Positions 39,094 to 47,707 of a DNA stretch of 64,000 bases are shown piece after piece (the first letter of the stretch is position 1; each line of letters starts with the position of its first letter). The DNA comes from Candidatus Scatosoma sp. GTDB lineage: Bacteria; Bacillota; Clostridia; Christensenellales; Borkfalkiaceae. The stretch spans positions 4,732 through 68,731 of the forward strand of contig JAZQLI010000026.1 of assembly GCA_045542595.1 (NCBI GenBank), read 5' to 3'. The translations under genes and the position numbers were made by a program. The notes under the pieces were generated by a model. The model saw only the letters and a program-made list of their open reading frames with translations, searched no databases and was not told where the DNA came from.

Positions 39094-39696
39094 ATGGATA
39101 TCGTTTGTTTAGACCTTGAAGGCGTTTTAGTGCCGGAAATTTGGATAGCATTTGCTAAAGCAAGCGGCATTCCCGAACTTTCGAGAACGACGCGCGACGA
39201 ACCCGATTACGATAAATTGATGCGTTGGCGGTTAGAAATTTTGAAAGAGCACGGTTTGGGGCTTAACGAAATTCGTGAAATTATTGAGAAGATAGAGCCG
39301 CTTGACGGCGCAAAGGCGTTTTTAGACGAATTGCGTAGTGTAACGCAAGTAATTATCGTTAGCGATACGTTCACGCAGTTCGGCGCGCCACTGATGAAAA
39401 AACTCGGTATGCCCACATTGTTTTGTAATACGTTGGAAGTGGCGGAAAACGGCGAAATTACGGGCTTTAAAATGCGAGTGGAAAATTCAAAACTGACAAC
39501 GGTCAAAGCCTTACAATCTATGGGTTTTGAAACGATTGCCGCAGGAGATAGCTATAACGATTTAGGTATGATTAAAGCAAGTAAAGCAGGGTTCTTGTTT
39601 AGAAGTACGGATAGTATTAAAAAAGACAATCCCGATTTGCCTGCGTTTGAAACGTACGACGAACTGTTATCGGCAATCAAACAACATCTAAACTAA
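39094..39696 (+). CDS. thrH: ThrH-family HAD phosphatase (phosphoserine phosphatase / homoserine phosphotransferase homolog)
   Basis: There is near-colinear similarity to Pseudomonas ThrH as I recall it: [52 protein letters not shown] and AAGDSYND. Confidence 0.8.
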   Translation: MDIVCLDLEGVLVPEIWIAFAKASGIPELSRTTRDEPDYDKLMRWRLEILKEHGLGLNEIREIIEKIEPLDGAKAFLDELRSVTQVIIVSDTFTQFGAPLMKKLGMPTLFCNTLEVAENGEITGFKMRVENSKLTTVKALQSMGFETIAAGDSYNDLGMIKASKAGFLFRSTDSIKKDNPDLPAFETYDELLSAIKQHLN

Positions 39697-39719
39697 TTTT
39701 CAATAGGAGAGAAAAACAT

Positions 39720-40700
39720 ATGAACAACAACGTACGTCCCGAATCAATGGAACGCATCACAACCAAAGCGCTTGCCAATGCGTTTATCGATGAGCAAGTA
39801 GCGGAAATTCGCGCGCAAGTAGGAGATAAAAAAGTACTTCTCGCTCTTTCGGGCGGTGTAGATTCTTCGGTGGTAGCCGCGCTTTTAATCAAGGCGATAG
39901 GCAAACAACTTGTTTGCGTACACGTCAATCACGGCTTACTCCGTAAAGGCGAACCCGAAGAAGTAGTAGAAGTGTTCCGTAATCAAATGGATGCAAACCT
40001 TGTCTACGTAGACGCAGTGGACAGATTTTTAGGAAAACTTGAGGGTGTAGCCGAACCCGAAAAGAAACGTAAAATTATCGGCGCGGAATTCATTCGCGTG
40101 TTCGAAGAAGAAGCGAGAAAATTAGAAGGTATCCAATTTTTGGCACAAGGCACTATCTATCCCGACATTATCGAAAGCGACGGGGTAAAAGCGCATCACA
40201 ACGTAGGCGGTTTGCCCGAGGATATGCAATTCGAGCTCGTTGAACCCATTCGTTTGCTCTATAAAGATGAAGTTCGTATGGTGGGTAGCGCACTCGGCTT
40301 GCCCGACGGTATGGTTTACCGTCAACCGTTCCCCGGTCCTGGGCTTGGCGTTCGTTGCCTTGGCGCGATCACGAGAGAACGCTTGGAAGCCGTGCGCGAA
40401 TCGGACGCGATTTTACGTGAAGAATTTGCAAATAGCGGTTTGGCCGGTAAAGTATGGCAATATTTCACCGCCGTACCCGATTTTTGCTCGGTAGGCGTAA
40501 AGGACGGCAAGCGTACGTATGCGTATCCCGTTATTATTCGCGCGGTGAATACCGTTGACGCAATGAGCGCTACTATTGAAGAAGTCCCTTACGATTTACT
40601 TGCAAAAATCACCAACCGTATCACTACGGAAGTGAAAAACGTAAACCGTGTATTATACGATTTAACACCGAAACCTTCGGGAACGATTGAATGGGAATAA
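39720..40700 (+). CDS. guaA: GMP synthase ATP-pyrophosphatase/dimerisation part only (no GATase domain)
   Basis: PP-loop motif [11 protein letters not shown], then [30 protein letters not shown], and the C-terminal PSGTIEWE. At 326 aa it begins at roughly residue 200 of full-length GuaA. Confidence 0.85.
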   Translation: MNNNVRPESMERITTKALANAFIDEQVAEIRAQVGDKKVLLALSGGVDSSVVAALLIKAIGKQLVCVHVNHGLLRKGEPEEVVEVFRNQMDANLVYVDAVDRFLGKLEGVAEPEKKRKIIGAEFIRVFEEEARKLEGIQFLAQGTIYPDIIESDGVKAHHNVGGLPEDMQFELVEPIRLLYKDEVRMVGSALGLPDGMVYRQPFPGPGLGVRCLGAITRERLEAVRESDAILREEFANSGLAGKVWQYFTAVPDFCSVGVKDGKRTYAYPVIIRAVNTVDAMSATIEEVPYDLLAKITNRITTEVKNVNRVLYDLTPKPSGTIEWE

Positions 40701-40713
40701 TAAAATAGAAAGA

Positions 40714-41802
40714 ATGGAATGTTTTAAGAAAATAAAAATAGCCGATTCTCATATTCACACTCGTTTTATGAATTATGAAAACACCGTTGTTATGCTTGAG
40801 GATATGGCTTCCGTGGGGGTAACAGACGCTTGTATTTTATCTCTTCCGTATAGGGGTGTTGCGGAAAACTTATTTGCTCTTTACGTAAAGATGGTATATA
40901 AAAAAATGCAAGTACGAGCGTTCGGCGGGTTACACGTTACGGATAGATATGCTATTCTTCCCCCACAAAAACAAGTGGAAAATATTTTGAGTCTTGGTTG
41001 CGACGGAATTAAGTTGATGTTTAGCCCCGACTTGCAAAGATTTTACGGAAAGGGCCTAAACGATTCGTATTACGATAGTATGTTTCAGTTTCTTGAAGAA
41101 CGCGAAATTCCTGTGAATATACACCTCGCCGACCCCGAAACCTTTTGGGACGTTGGTCAAGAATACGCAGATTCCAGTTTTCCCTTAAAATCACAAATGT
41201 ATGAAGAAGCGTTTGAAATGCTCGATAAGCATCCGCGTCTTCGCGTCTGCTTTGCTCATTTTATGTTTTTGTCAAATTTCCCCGAAGAAGCAGAGCGCGT
41301 AATGGAAAAATATCCAAACGTTTGGTTCGATTTAACTCCGGGCGTAGAAATGTATTATAATTTTGACAAACAAATAGAAAGGTGGCAAATGTTTTTTGAA
41401 AAATACAGTCATCGCATTTTGTTTGGAACGGATTGTAATATTGTAAAAAAATGCAATAAAGAACTCGAGCTTTTAGTGTACAGGAAATTGACGGAAAAAG
41501 GGGCGTTTTCGCAATATTGTTACGGTAAAGATTTTAACGTAATGGGGTTGCATTTAACGGAAGAAACGGCATCCCGTATTTGTTATGAAAATTATTTTGC
41601 CTTTCTTGGTCGAGAACCAAAACCCGTAAACGTGGAAAAATTTTGCGATTGTTGTCGCAGAATAATAGACGATTTAGATAAAGAACCTTATGATGAATAC
41701 TATGTTCGCGGCGGAACGTTAATTCCTGACCTGTTAAAGGACCCCAAGCAAAGTATCTCGTATAATTTTTGTAAAAAGGCTCTTTTGGATATTGCACGTT
41801 AA
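40714..41802 (+). CDS. amidohydrolase-family (TIM-barrel metal-dependent hydrolase) protein
   Basis: DSHIHT (HxH), NIHLAD, FAHF and LFGTDCN motifs in the order expected for the amidohydrolase_2 fold. The start is uncertain between 40687 and 40714. Confidence 0.65.
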   Translation: MECFKKIKIADSHIHTRFMNYENTVVMLEDMASVGVTDACILSLPYRGVAENLFALYVKMVYKKMQVRAFGGLHVTDRYAILPPQKQVENILSLGCDGIKLMFSPDLQRFYGKGLNDSYYDSMFQFLEEREIPVNIHLADPETFWDVGQEYADSSFPLKSQMYEEAFEMLDKHPRLRVCFAHFMFLSNFPEEAERVMEKYPNVWFDLTPGVEMYYNFDKQIERWQMFFEKYSHRILFGTDCNIVKKCNKELELLVYRKLTEKGAFSQYCYGKDFNVMGLHLTEETASRICYENYFAFLGREPKPVNVEKFCDCCRRIIDDLDKEPYDEYYVRGGTLIPDLLKDPKQSISYNFCKKALLDIAR

Positions 41803-41822
41803 CAATTTTATTTATCATATAT

Positions 41823-41851
41823 ACCCCGTCGTAACAAAACGACGGGGTTTT
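41823..41851 (+). terminator. hairpin terminator after the amidohydrolase gene
   Basis: A 10-bp stem accccgtcgt / acgacggggt with a 6-nt loop, followed by a short T-run (tttt). Confidence 0.5.
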
Positions 41852-41907
41852 GCATATAGTATAGTATGAGCTTTGGCTCAAATACACAAGAAGGAATTTG
41901 AAATACT

Positions 41908-42330
41908 ATGTGTAATGGATGTAATACGTGTTGTAACGGCACTACTTGGAATAACGGTTGGGGCTGTAGTTACGGCTGTGGTTACGGCAACGGTTTGTTG
42001 AATACTCTTTTCGATAACGGTACGCAATTTATTTGTCGCGACGCTTGCGGCAATATCCGTGTGAGAACGGGTACGAATACCTGCGGTTGTTGTCAAAATA
42101 CGTGTCATTGTTGCCAACATACCTGTGGCTGTTGTCAATGTAACGGTAACGATACGGGTGCGACAGAAAACGGTAACGGTAACGGCAATACCGACAACGG
42201 CTTTTATTGCATAACCCGTTGCGGTAACTGGCAAACAACGCAAGCAACGGCGCAAACGACGGACACAACCGATTATAACGGCTTTGGTCGTTGCAGTAGA
42301 CGGTGTGGCTATAACTATTACAACGGTTAA
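41908..42330 (+). CDS. orphan cysteine-rich (22 Cys in 140 aa) N/G/T-rich low-complexity protein
   Basis: Ordered Cys clusters (CNGCNTCC, CGCCQNTCHCCQHTCGCCQC, CxxxC pairs) and host-like codon use. The gene is bracketed by an upstream terminator and the next + strand gene. Overlapping minus-strand ORFs also exist, so the strand call is an inference. Confidence 0.5.
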   Translation: MCNGCNTCCNGTTWNNGWGCSYGCGYGNGLLNTLFDNGTQFICRDACGNIRVRTGTNTCGCCQNTCHCCQHTCGCCQCNGNDTGATENGNGNGNTDNGFYCITRCGNWQTTQATAQTTDTTDYNGFGRCSRRCGYNYYNG

Positions 42331-42448
42331 CAGCGGAAAAAGGGGGCGGCGGAGCAATCCGTTGCCCTTGTTTGCTAAATCGGAAAATAAACCGAAAAGG
42401 TAGAAAATACAGCGTTTGAAAAAAGGAAAAACGGCGCATACTTAAGGA

Positions 42449-43261
42449 ATGGGAAAGTTGCGTCGTTTTTATTGCTTTTTACGGGACAAATACCGTTTTT
42501 TATCTCTGAAAAAATATTCCACGTTGGCAGGCACGCTTGTGTTCTTTTTAATTATGTCTATCGTGCCGCTTACCTTTTGGCTAACTCTTTTTATCGGACG
42601 GTTGCCCGTTTCCGTGGAACAGGTTTTTCGCCTTTCGGTGTTTTCTTCCGTGAAAAAAGTATTCGAATATATCCGTCAAGAAGCGGAAAACGCCACTACG
42701 GGCGTGTCCGTTTTGTTGTTATTCACTTCCTTGTATTCGGCAACGACACTTTTTTACCAAATGCGTAGAAGTGGCGAGCTAATTTATGGTTTTCAATCGC
42801 AAAAACGGGGTATTCGTTTGCGTTTGGGGGCGGTATTATTAATGTTTATCGTAATGTTCACCGTAGGGTTTGTCTTGTTACTGTTTACGTTCGGTACGGT
42901 ACTCTTCGCGCGCGTTTTATCTCCATTTTGGGAAGCATTTGCCGATTACACGCTTCTAATCACTCTTTCTATCATACTCGTTTTTTTGTTGAATACCTAT
43001 ATTTGTCCCTATCGCGCTCCGTTAAAGCGTTTTTTACCGGGTACGCTGCTTACCGTCGCCGCTTGGAGTGTTGCCGTCGTAGGGTTTGGTATCTATTTAA
43101 AAATCAGTAATATGAGCCGTTTATACGGCGCACTTTCGGCAATTATCGTGTTTATGCTTTGGTTGTACGTGTTGATGATATGTTTTATCGTCGGTGTTAT
43201 TATCAACAGCGAAAAAATAATAAAAGAGCGTATAAAACGTACGGAAAAACTCAAACTGTAG
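42449..43261 (+). CDS. YihY/BrkB-family membrane protein
   Basis: LAGTLVFFLIMSIVPLTFWL and six TM helices, typical of the YihY family. The RBS is adjacent to the ATG, so the start is uncertain. Confidence 0.75.
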   Translation: MGKLRRFYCFLRDKYRFLSLKKYSTLAGTLVFFLIMSIVPLTFWLTLFIGRLPVSVEQVFRLSVFSSVKKVFEYIRQEAENATTGVSVLLLFTSLYSATTLFYQMRRSGELIYGFQSQKRGIRLRLGAVLLMFIVMFTVGFVLLLFTFGTVLFARVLSPFWEAFADYTLLITLSIILVFLLNTYICPYRAPLKRFLPGTLLTVAAWSVAVVGFGIYLKISNMSRLYGALSAIIVFMLWLYVLMICFIVGVIINSEKIIKERIKRTEKLKL

Positions 43262-43264
43262 TAT

Positions 43265-43681
43265 ATGAAAAGCAAAAAAAGAGTAACGTTAAAAACGTCG
43301 TTATGCAGCGTAATATTCGGCTTGCTTTTGTGTTTCCCGTCTTTAAAAAGCGGCACAATTACCGATATTACCAAGCCCTATTTAGGCGAATACGAATGTC
43401 AAAGCGCAACGCTGGGCGAAAAGGAATATTTGCAAGACTTTTCCTATATCAAACTAGAATTGAGCATGGATAATACCTTCCACTTATATTATAAAACCAA
43501 AGACGGGCAACGCGGCGAACAGTCGGGCAAATACGTTTACGATAAAGCAAAAAAGACAATTTGTTTTTCGTTGGGCGGCAGGGAAGAATTCAAGCGTTGT
43601 TTTCCGCTGGAAAAAGGCGTATTGACGCTAACCTTTCCCGTGGGGGGACAATCGCTTTGTATGCAGTTTGAACAAAAATAA
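43265..43681 (+). CDS. hypothetical exported protein
   Basis: An N-terminal signal/anchor segment followed by a beta-rich domain of about 110 aa. No family was recognised. Confidence 0.45.
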   Translation: MKSKKRVTLKTSLCSVIFGLLLCFPSLKSGTITDITKPYLGEYECQSATLGEKEYLQDFSYIKLELSMDNTFHLYYKTKDGQRGEQSGKYVYDKAKKTICFSLGGREEFKRCFPLEKGVLTLTFPVGGQSLCMQFEQK

Positions 43682-43735
43682 AAAGAATATGGAACGTAAA
43701 AGAGTATGATAATCGTCATATTCTTTTATTTTTAC
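43681..43735 (+). terminator. putative terminator (long imperfect hairpin plus T-run)
   Basis: Outer stem aaaagaatatg / catattctttt with an inner tatga/tcata pairing, followed by attttt. Confidence 0.4.
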
Positions 43736-43767
43736 AAACAAATGTTCGCGAAATATGTCAAAAATCC

Positions 43768-43796
43768 TTGCATTCGTAAAAATTTTGTGATACAAT
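43768..43796 (+). promoter_or_regulatory. sigma-A type promoter for the helicase gene
   Basis: TTGCAT, a 17-nt spacer, then TACAAT with an extended -10 TG. Confidence 0.5.
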
Positions 43797-43805
43797 AAGA
43801 GAGCT

Positions 43806-45059
43806 ATGGATATTACGCTCACCACCGACCAAGAAAATGCGAAAAATTTAATAGTGGAATGGTTTTTACATACGGACGATAAAGTGTTCGTGTTGTCGGG
43901 GTATGCAGGTACGGGCAAAACGTTTTTAATTGATTATATCGTTCGTCAGGAGTTGCGTTTAAAAGCAGGGGAAGAAGCGGTGTTCGTTTCGCCGACGGGC
44001 AAAGCCGCTGCCAACCTTGTAAAAAACGGTACGGTAGCTGGTACGGTACATAGTTTAATTTATATGCGCGACGGGGACGATTTCGACGTGGACGAAAACG
44101 GCGAAATTATCGAACGGAAAGAACTCACGTTTATCCGTCGTCCGTCCATTATGGAAAGCATTCGTTTGATAATCGTGGACGAAGCGTCTATGATTAACGA
44201 AACGGTACTCACCGATTTATTGTCGTTTGGCGTAAAGTGTCTATTTTGTGGGGACGGTGCACAGCTTCCGCCCGTAAACGGTACGTGTCCGCTGATGGAA
44301 AATCCCCATTACACAATGACGGAAATCGTGCGGCAAGCGGCGGATAATCCCATTATTCGTGTGGCGACGATGGCGCGCGAAGGAAAGCGTATCGAATACG
44401 GCAATTACGGCGATAGTGTGTGCGTGATAGGACGTAACGCCTTTCGCGGAGCGGAACGCAAACGCATTTTATTAAAAGCCGACCAAATTATTTGCGGGAG
44501 AAATAAAACGCGGAACGCACTCAACGAAGAACTGCGGCAATACAAAGGGATCGACGAAACGGAACAATTACCCGTGGAAGGGGAAAAGCTGATTTGTACG
44601 TTGAACGATTGGGAAAAGCCGTTGGATAAGGACGAACGTTTTCATTTAGTCAACGGAATTATCGGCACGGCGACGGAAATCCAGCCGCAGGAAGACGGAT
44701 TGGCTACTATGCAATTTAAAGCGGATTTTATGGAAGAGAGCATACGCGTTCCGTTTGATACAGCCATTTTTACCGACGGAAAATATCGGCATTTGTACGG
44801 AGAACGGGCGGTAACGCTGTCTAACGGCACGGTGGTGCACGAAGGGAATTTCGCACTGCTGCATAAATTGAAATCGGTCTCCGACGAACCCATTTGCCGT
44901 TTCGAATTCGCCTACGCCGTTACCTGTCATAAAGCACAGGGCTCAGAATTCGATTTCGTAGTAGTATTCGACGAAGGCTGGGCATTCAAAGAAGAACAAA
45001 ACCGTTGGTTGTATACGGCAATCACGCGTGCAAAAGAAAAATTACTAATTATACGATAA
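43806..45059 (+). CDS. compact SF1B RecD/Pif1-like DNA helicase
   Basis: Walker A GYAGTGKTF, Walker B IIVDEASM, and C-terminal AVTCHKAQGSEFDFVVV (UvrD_C_2-like). Confidence 0.8.
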   Translation: MDITLTTDQENAKNLIVEWFLHTDDKVFVLSGYAGTGKTFLIDYIVRQELRLKAGEEAVFVSPTGKAAANLVKNGTVAGTVHSLIYMRDGDDFDVDENGEIIERKELTFIRRPSIMESIRLIIVDEASMINETVLTDLLSFGVKCLFCGDGAQLPPVNGTCPLMENPHYTMTEIVRQAADNPIIRVATMAREGKRIEYGNYGDSVCVIGRNAFRGAERKRILLKADQIICGRNKTRNALNEELRQYKGIDETEQLPVEGEKLICTLNDWEKPLDKDERFHLVNGIIGTATEIQPQEDGLATMQFKADFMEESIRVPFDTAIFTDGKYRHLYGERAVTLSNGTVVHEGNFALLHKLKSVSDEPICRFEFAYAVTCHKAQGSEFDFVVVFDEGWAFKEEQNRWLYTAITRAKEKLLIIR

Positions 45060-45070
45060 AGGACAAAGCT

Positions 45071-45913
45071 ATGCCCAAACAATTAACAAAAGTGCAACAA
45101 ATTGAGCGTTCTATTATTACAACCTATCGTAAAACGATATGGTCGCCGTTTATTTTGGCGGTGAAAAAGTACGCGCTTATTTCCGCAGGCGATAAAATAG
45201 CCGTTTGCATTTCCGGCGGCAAAGACAGTATGCTGCTTGCGAAATTGATGCAACAGTTGCAACGGCATAGCGACGTTCCGTTCGAGTTGGTGTTTTTGGT
45301 AATGGACCCGGGTTACAATGCTAAAAACCGTGCAAAAATAGTAGAAAACGCCGCGCTTTTAGGCGTGCCGATTACGGTGTTTGAAAGCGACGTATTTGCC
45401 GCTTCGGAAACGGCGAACGAGCAGTCGCCTTGCTATTTGTGCGCCCGTATGCGCCGTGGACATTTATATGCAAAAGCAAAAGAACTCGGCTGTAATAAAA
45501 TTGCGCTGGGGCATCATAAAAGCGACGTTATTGAAACGACGGTAATGGGTATGCTGTACGGCGGACAACTGCAAGGTATGCTGCCGCGTATTGCTAGTAC
45601 AAATTTTGAAGGAATGGAACTCATTCGTCCTATGTACTGTATTTTAGAAGAAGATATTTTGCGTTGGAAAGAATATAACAGCTTGCAATTTATCGCTTGT
45701 GCCTGTAAATTCACGCAAAAAACGACGGGTGGAGAAGAAGATTCCTTTTCGGCGCGTCGTCGGGTAAAGGAATGGATAGCTACGCTCAAAAAGGAAAACC
45801 CCAACGTGGAAAATAATATATTCCAAAGCATTCATAACGTACAGTTGGATACGTTGGCTGAATACAAAACGGACGGGGTAAAACATAACTTTTTGGATAA
45901 ATTTTCTAAATAA
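45071..45913 (+). CDS. TtcA-family PP-loop ATPase (tRNA 2-thiocytidine synthase-like)
   Basis: PP-loop motif CISGGKDSMLLA, the Fe-S/zinc Cys motif PCYLCARMRRG, and ALGHHKSD. The extension from 45005 overlaps the helicase gene and is rejected. Confidence 0.75.
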   Translation: MPKQLTKVQQIERSIITTYRKTIWSPFILAVKKYALISAGDKIAVCISGGKDSMLLAKLMQQLQRHSDVPFELVFLVMDPGYNAKNRAKIVENAALLGVPITVFESDVFAASETANEQSPCYLCARMRRGHLYAKAKELGCNKIALGHHKSDVIETTVMGMLYGGQLQGMLPRIASTNFEGMELIRPMYCILEEDILRWKEYNSLQFIACACKFTQKTTGGEEDSFSARRRVKEWIATLKKENPNVENNIFQSIHNVQLDTLAEYKTDGVKHNFLDKFSK

Positions 45914-45950
45914 CGGCATACTTTTTTTGCCTATCGGCATAAGATAAGGT

Positions 45951-46205
45951 ATGCAAGAAAACAATAAACATTCAGTTGGTATCGAACAAAGGAAAACGAT
46001 AACGGTTAGCGGTGTGGAAAGCGTTACGGCGTTTTCGGAAGTGAAAATAGTGCTCACGCTTATCGGCGGCGAAAAAATGCACGTCGTTGGTACGGGCTTG
46101 AAAATAATCGGCTTTTCCAAAACCAGCGGCTCGTTTACCGCTGAAGGGAGTATTAGCGGCGTGTCATACGGCGGAAAAGGTTTCGCGGCGAAGTTGTTTA
46201 AATAA
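45951..46205 (+). CDS. yabP: sporulation protein YabP
   Basis: 84 aa with the pattern ITVSGVESVTAFSEVKIVL...L.I.GF. It is followed by yabQ and divIC, as in Bacillus. Confidence 0.8.
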   Translation: MQENNKHSVGIEQRKTITVSGVESVTAFSEVKIVLTLIGGEKMHVVGTGLKIIGFSKTSGSFTAEGSISGVSYGGKGFAAKLFK

Positions 46206-46579
46206 TGTCAAACGAATTTGGAGTATTTACCGTTTGCGTTGCCGTCGGATTTTTGATGGGGATTGTATACGAACCCTTTTGTCTTATTCGGCGTTTATTT
46301 TGCCGAAAGGGCAAACGTATAGGGATAAGCATACTGACAGACGTACTGTTTTTTACACTCTTTGCCGTAGTTGCGGTATTTACGGCGTATGCGTTTCAAT
46401 TTCCGTCGTTTCGGGTATATATGTGGCTGGGGTATGCCGTCGGTGGGATAATATATTTAAAAAGTTTGCACAGAATACTTGCCTTTTTACAAATTATGTG
46501 TTATAATGAGATAACAAAATTGATAAAAAAGGCAAAAAAACGAGAAAAAACTCTTAAAAAAGAGGGAGAAACTATATGA
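46205..46579 (+). CDS. yabQ: spore cortex biosynthesis protein YabQ
   Basis: 124 aa with three or four TM helices and a basic tail. Its position immediately after yabP supports the call. Confidence 0.6.
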   Translation: MSNEFGVFTVCVAVGFLMGIVYEPFCLIRRLFCRKGKRIGISILTDVLFFTLFAVVAVFTAYAFQFPSFRVYMWLGYAVGGIIYLKSLHRILAFLQIMCYNEITKLIKKAKKREKTLKKEGETI

Positions 46580-46830
46580 CGCAAGAAAAAGTGAGAAAAA
46601 TAGTTACGGCGTGTGTCGTTGCGGCAACCACGCTACTCCTTGTTTTGCTTGCCGTTTTAATTTATCAATGGATAAGCTACGCAGTGCTTTGTAACCGTGT
46701 GGATAAATTGACGAAAGAAAACGCGGAGCTTACGCAAATTATTGAACAGAAAAAGAACGACTTAGAATATTACGAATCGGAAGCAGGTTTAGAAGTAAAC
46801 GCTTGGTTGCAAGGTTGGGTGCGTCCGTAA
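46576..46830 (+). CDS. septum formation initiator family protein (FtsB/DivIC-like)
   Basis: 84 aa, bitopic, with one TM helix and a coiled coil (LTKENAELTQIIEQKKNDLEYYES). The yabP-yabQ-divIC synteny supports the call. Confidence 0.55.
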   Translation: MTQEKVRKIVTACVVAATTLLLVLLAVLIYQWISYAVLCNRVDKLTKENAELTQIIEQKKNDLEYYESEAGLEVNAWLQGWVRP

Positions 46831-46840
46831 GGGGTAAAAA

Positions 46841-47707
46841 ATGAAAAAATACGCCGTAATAGATATCGGCTCAAATTCCGTTCGCCTGATGTTTGTGGCG
46901 AACGGAAAAGTTTTATATAAGCGTTTAAACACCACTCGGTTGGGGGACGGTCTTGCACAAACGGGTGTTTTAAAAACGGAAGCGATAGTCCGTTCGGCAA
47001 ACGCGGTAACTTCCTTTTTTGCGCAAGCGAAAAACGAGGGCGCGGAAGAAGTATTCGCATTTGCAACTGCGGCTGTACGCAGCGCGAAAAACGGACAGGA
47101 TTTCGTGCAAGCGGTAAAAAACGGTTGCGGCTTACAAATAGAAGTCCTTTCGGGGGAAACGGAAGCGGAAATCGGTTTACTCGGTGCGCTTGGCGCAGAA
47201 AACGGCGCGGTGATAGACGTCGGCGGTGCAAGTACTGAGCTGGTAATGCAAAGCAGCGGAAAAATCGTTTATAAAAAGAGTGTGAACGTCGGCGTGGTAC
47301 GCTTAAAAGACGCTTGCGGCAATGAAAAAGCGTTGCTTGAAAACCGTTGCAAACAAGAAGTTGTGCAATTTTTAAACGCACCGAAAATTTCCAACATATA
47401 CGCAATCGGCGGCACGGCAACTACGCTTGCGGCACTGGCGCTGGGTTTACAACAATATTCGTCTAAAAAAGTAACGGGCAGTGCGCTTTCCTTGCAAACC
47501 ATGCAACGGTTGGTGGACGAACTGAGTAAAAAATCGGTAGAAGAAATTGCAGCAATGCCTTGCGTGTCCCAAGGTCGGGCGGACGTTTTAACGGGCGGCG
47601 CGATATGGTTATTGACGGTAATGCAAGCGTTGAGTTTGGACAAGCTGACTGTCAGTGATAGAGATAATTTAGAAGGCTACGCCGTGAAAAAGGGGTTATC
47701 GGTATGA
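46841..47707 (+). CDS. Ppx/GppA-family phosphatase (N-terminal actin-like domains only)
   Basis: YAVIDIGSNSVRLM, DVGGASTEL and AIGGTATT motifs. Confidence 0.8.
   Translation: MKKYAVIDIGSNSVRLMFVANGKVLYKRLNTTRLGDGLAQTGVLKTEAIVRSANAVTSFFAQAKNEGAEEVFAFATAAVRSAKNGQDFVQAVKNGCGLQIEVLSGETEAEIGLLGALGAENGAVIDVGGASTELVMQSSGKIVYKKSVNVGVVRLKDACGNEKALLENRCKQEVVQFLNAPKISNIYAIGGTATTLAALALGLQQYSSKKVTGSALSLQTMQRLVDELSKKSVEEIAAMPCVSQGRADVLTGGAIWLLTVMQALSLDKLTVSDRDNLEGYAVKKGLSV

Noticed and set aside
39094-39719. The idea that thrH occupies the slot of the lost GuaA GATase domain because it is a diverged remnant of it.
   Set aside because: The sequence is unambiguously HAD/ThrH-like (DLEGV nucleophile motif, GDSYND). 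It has no class I GATase Cys-His-Glu triad motifs. The similarity in size is coincidental.
41878-42439. Minus-strand ORFs (159 aa, T/V/A-rich; and 136 aa) overlapping the Cys-rich gene.
   Set aside because: These are by-products of the low-complexity GGT/AAC/TGT-rich sequence. They have no RBS, one begins in the downstream intergenic region, and they oppose the local transcription direction. I retained them as an explicit caveat on the strand call.
43806-45059. The compact RecD/Pif1-like helicase as part of a defence or mobile module.
   Set aside because: It has its own promoter and is flanked by housekeeping and sporulation genes. There is no nuclease, methylase or other partner gene. Such stand-alone SF1B helicases are common chromosomal genes in Clostridia.
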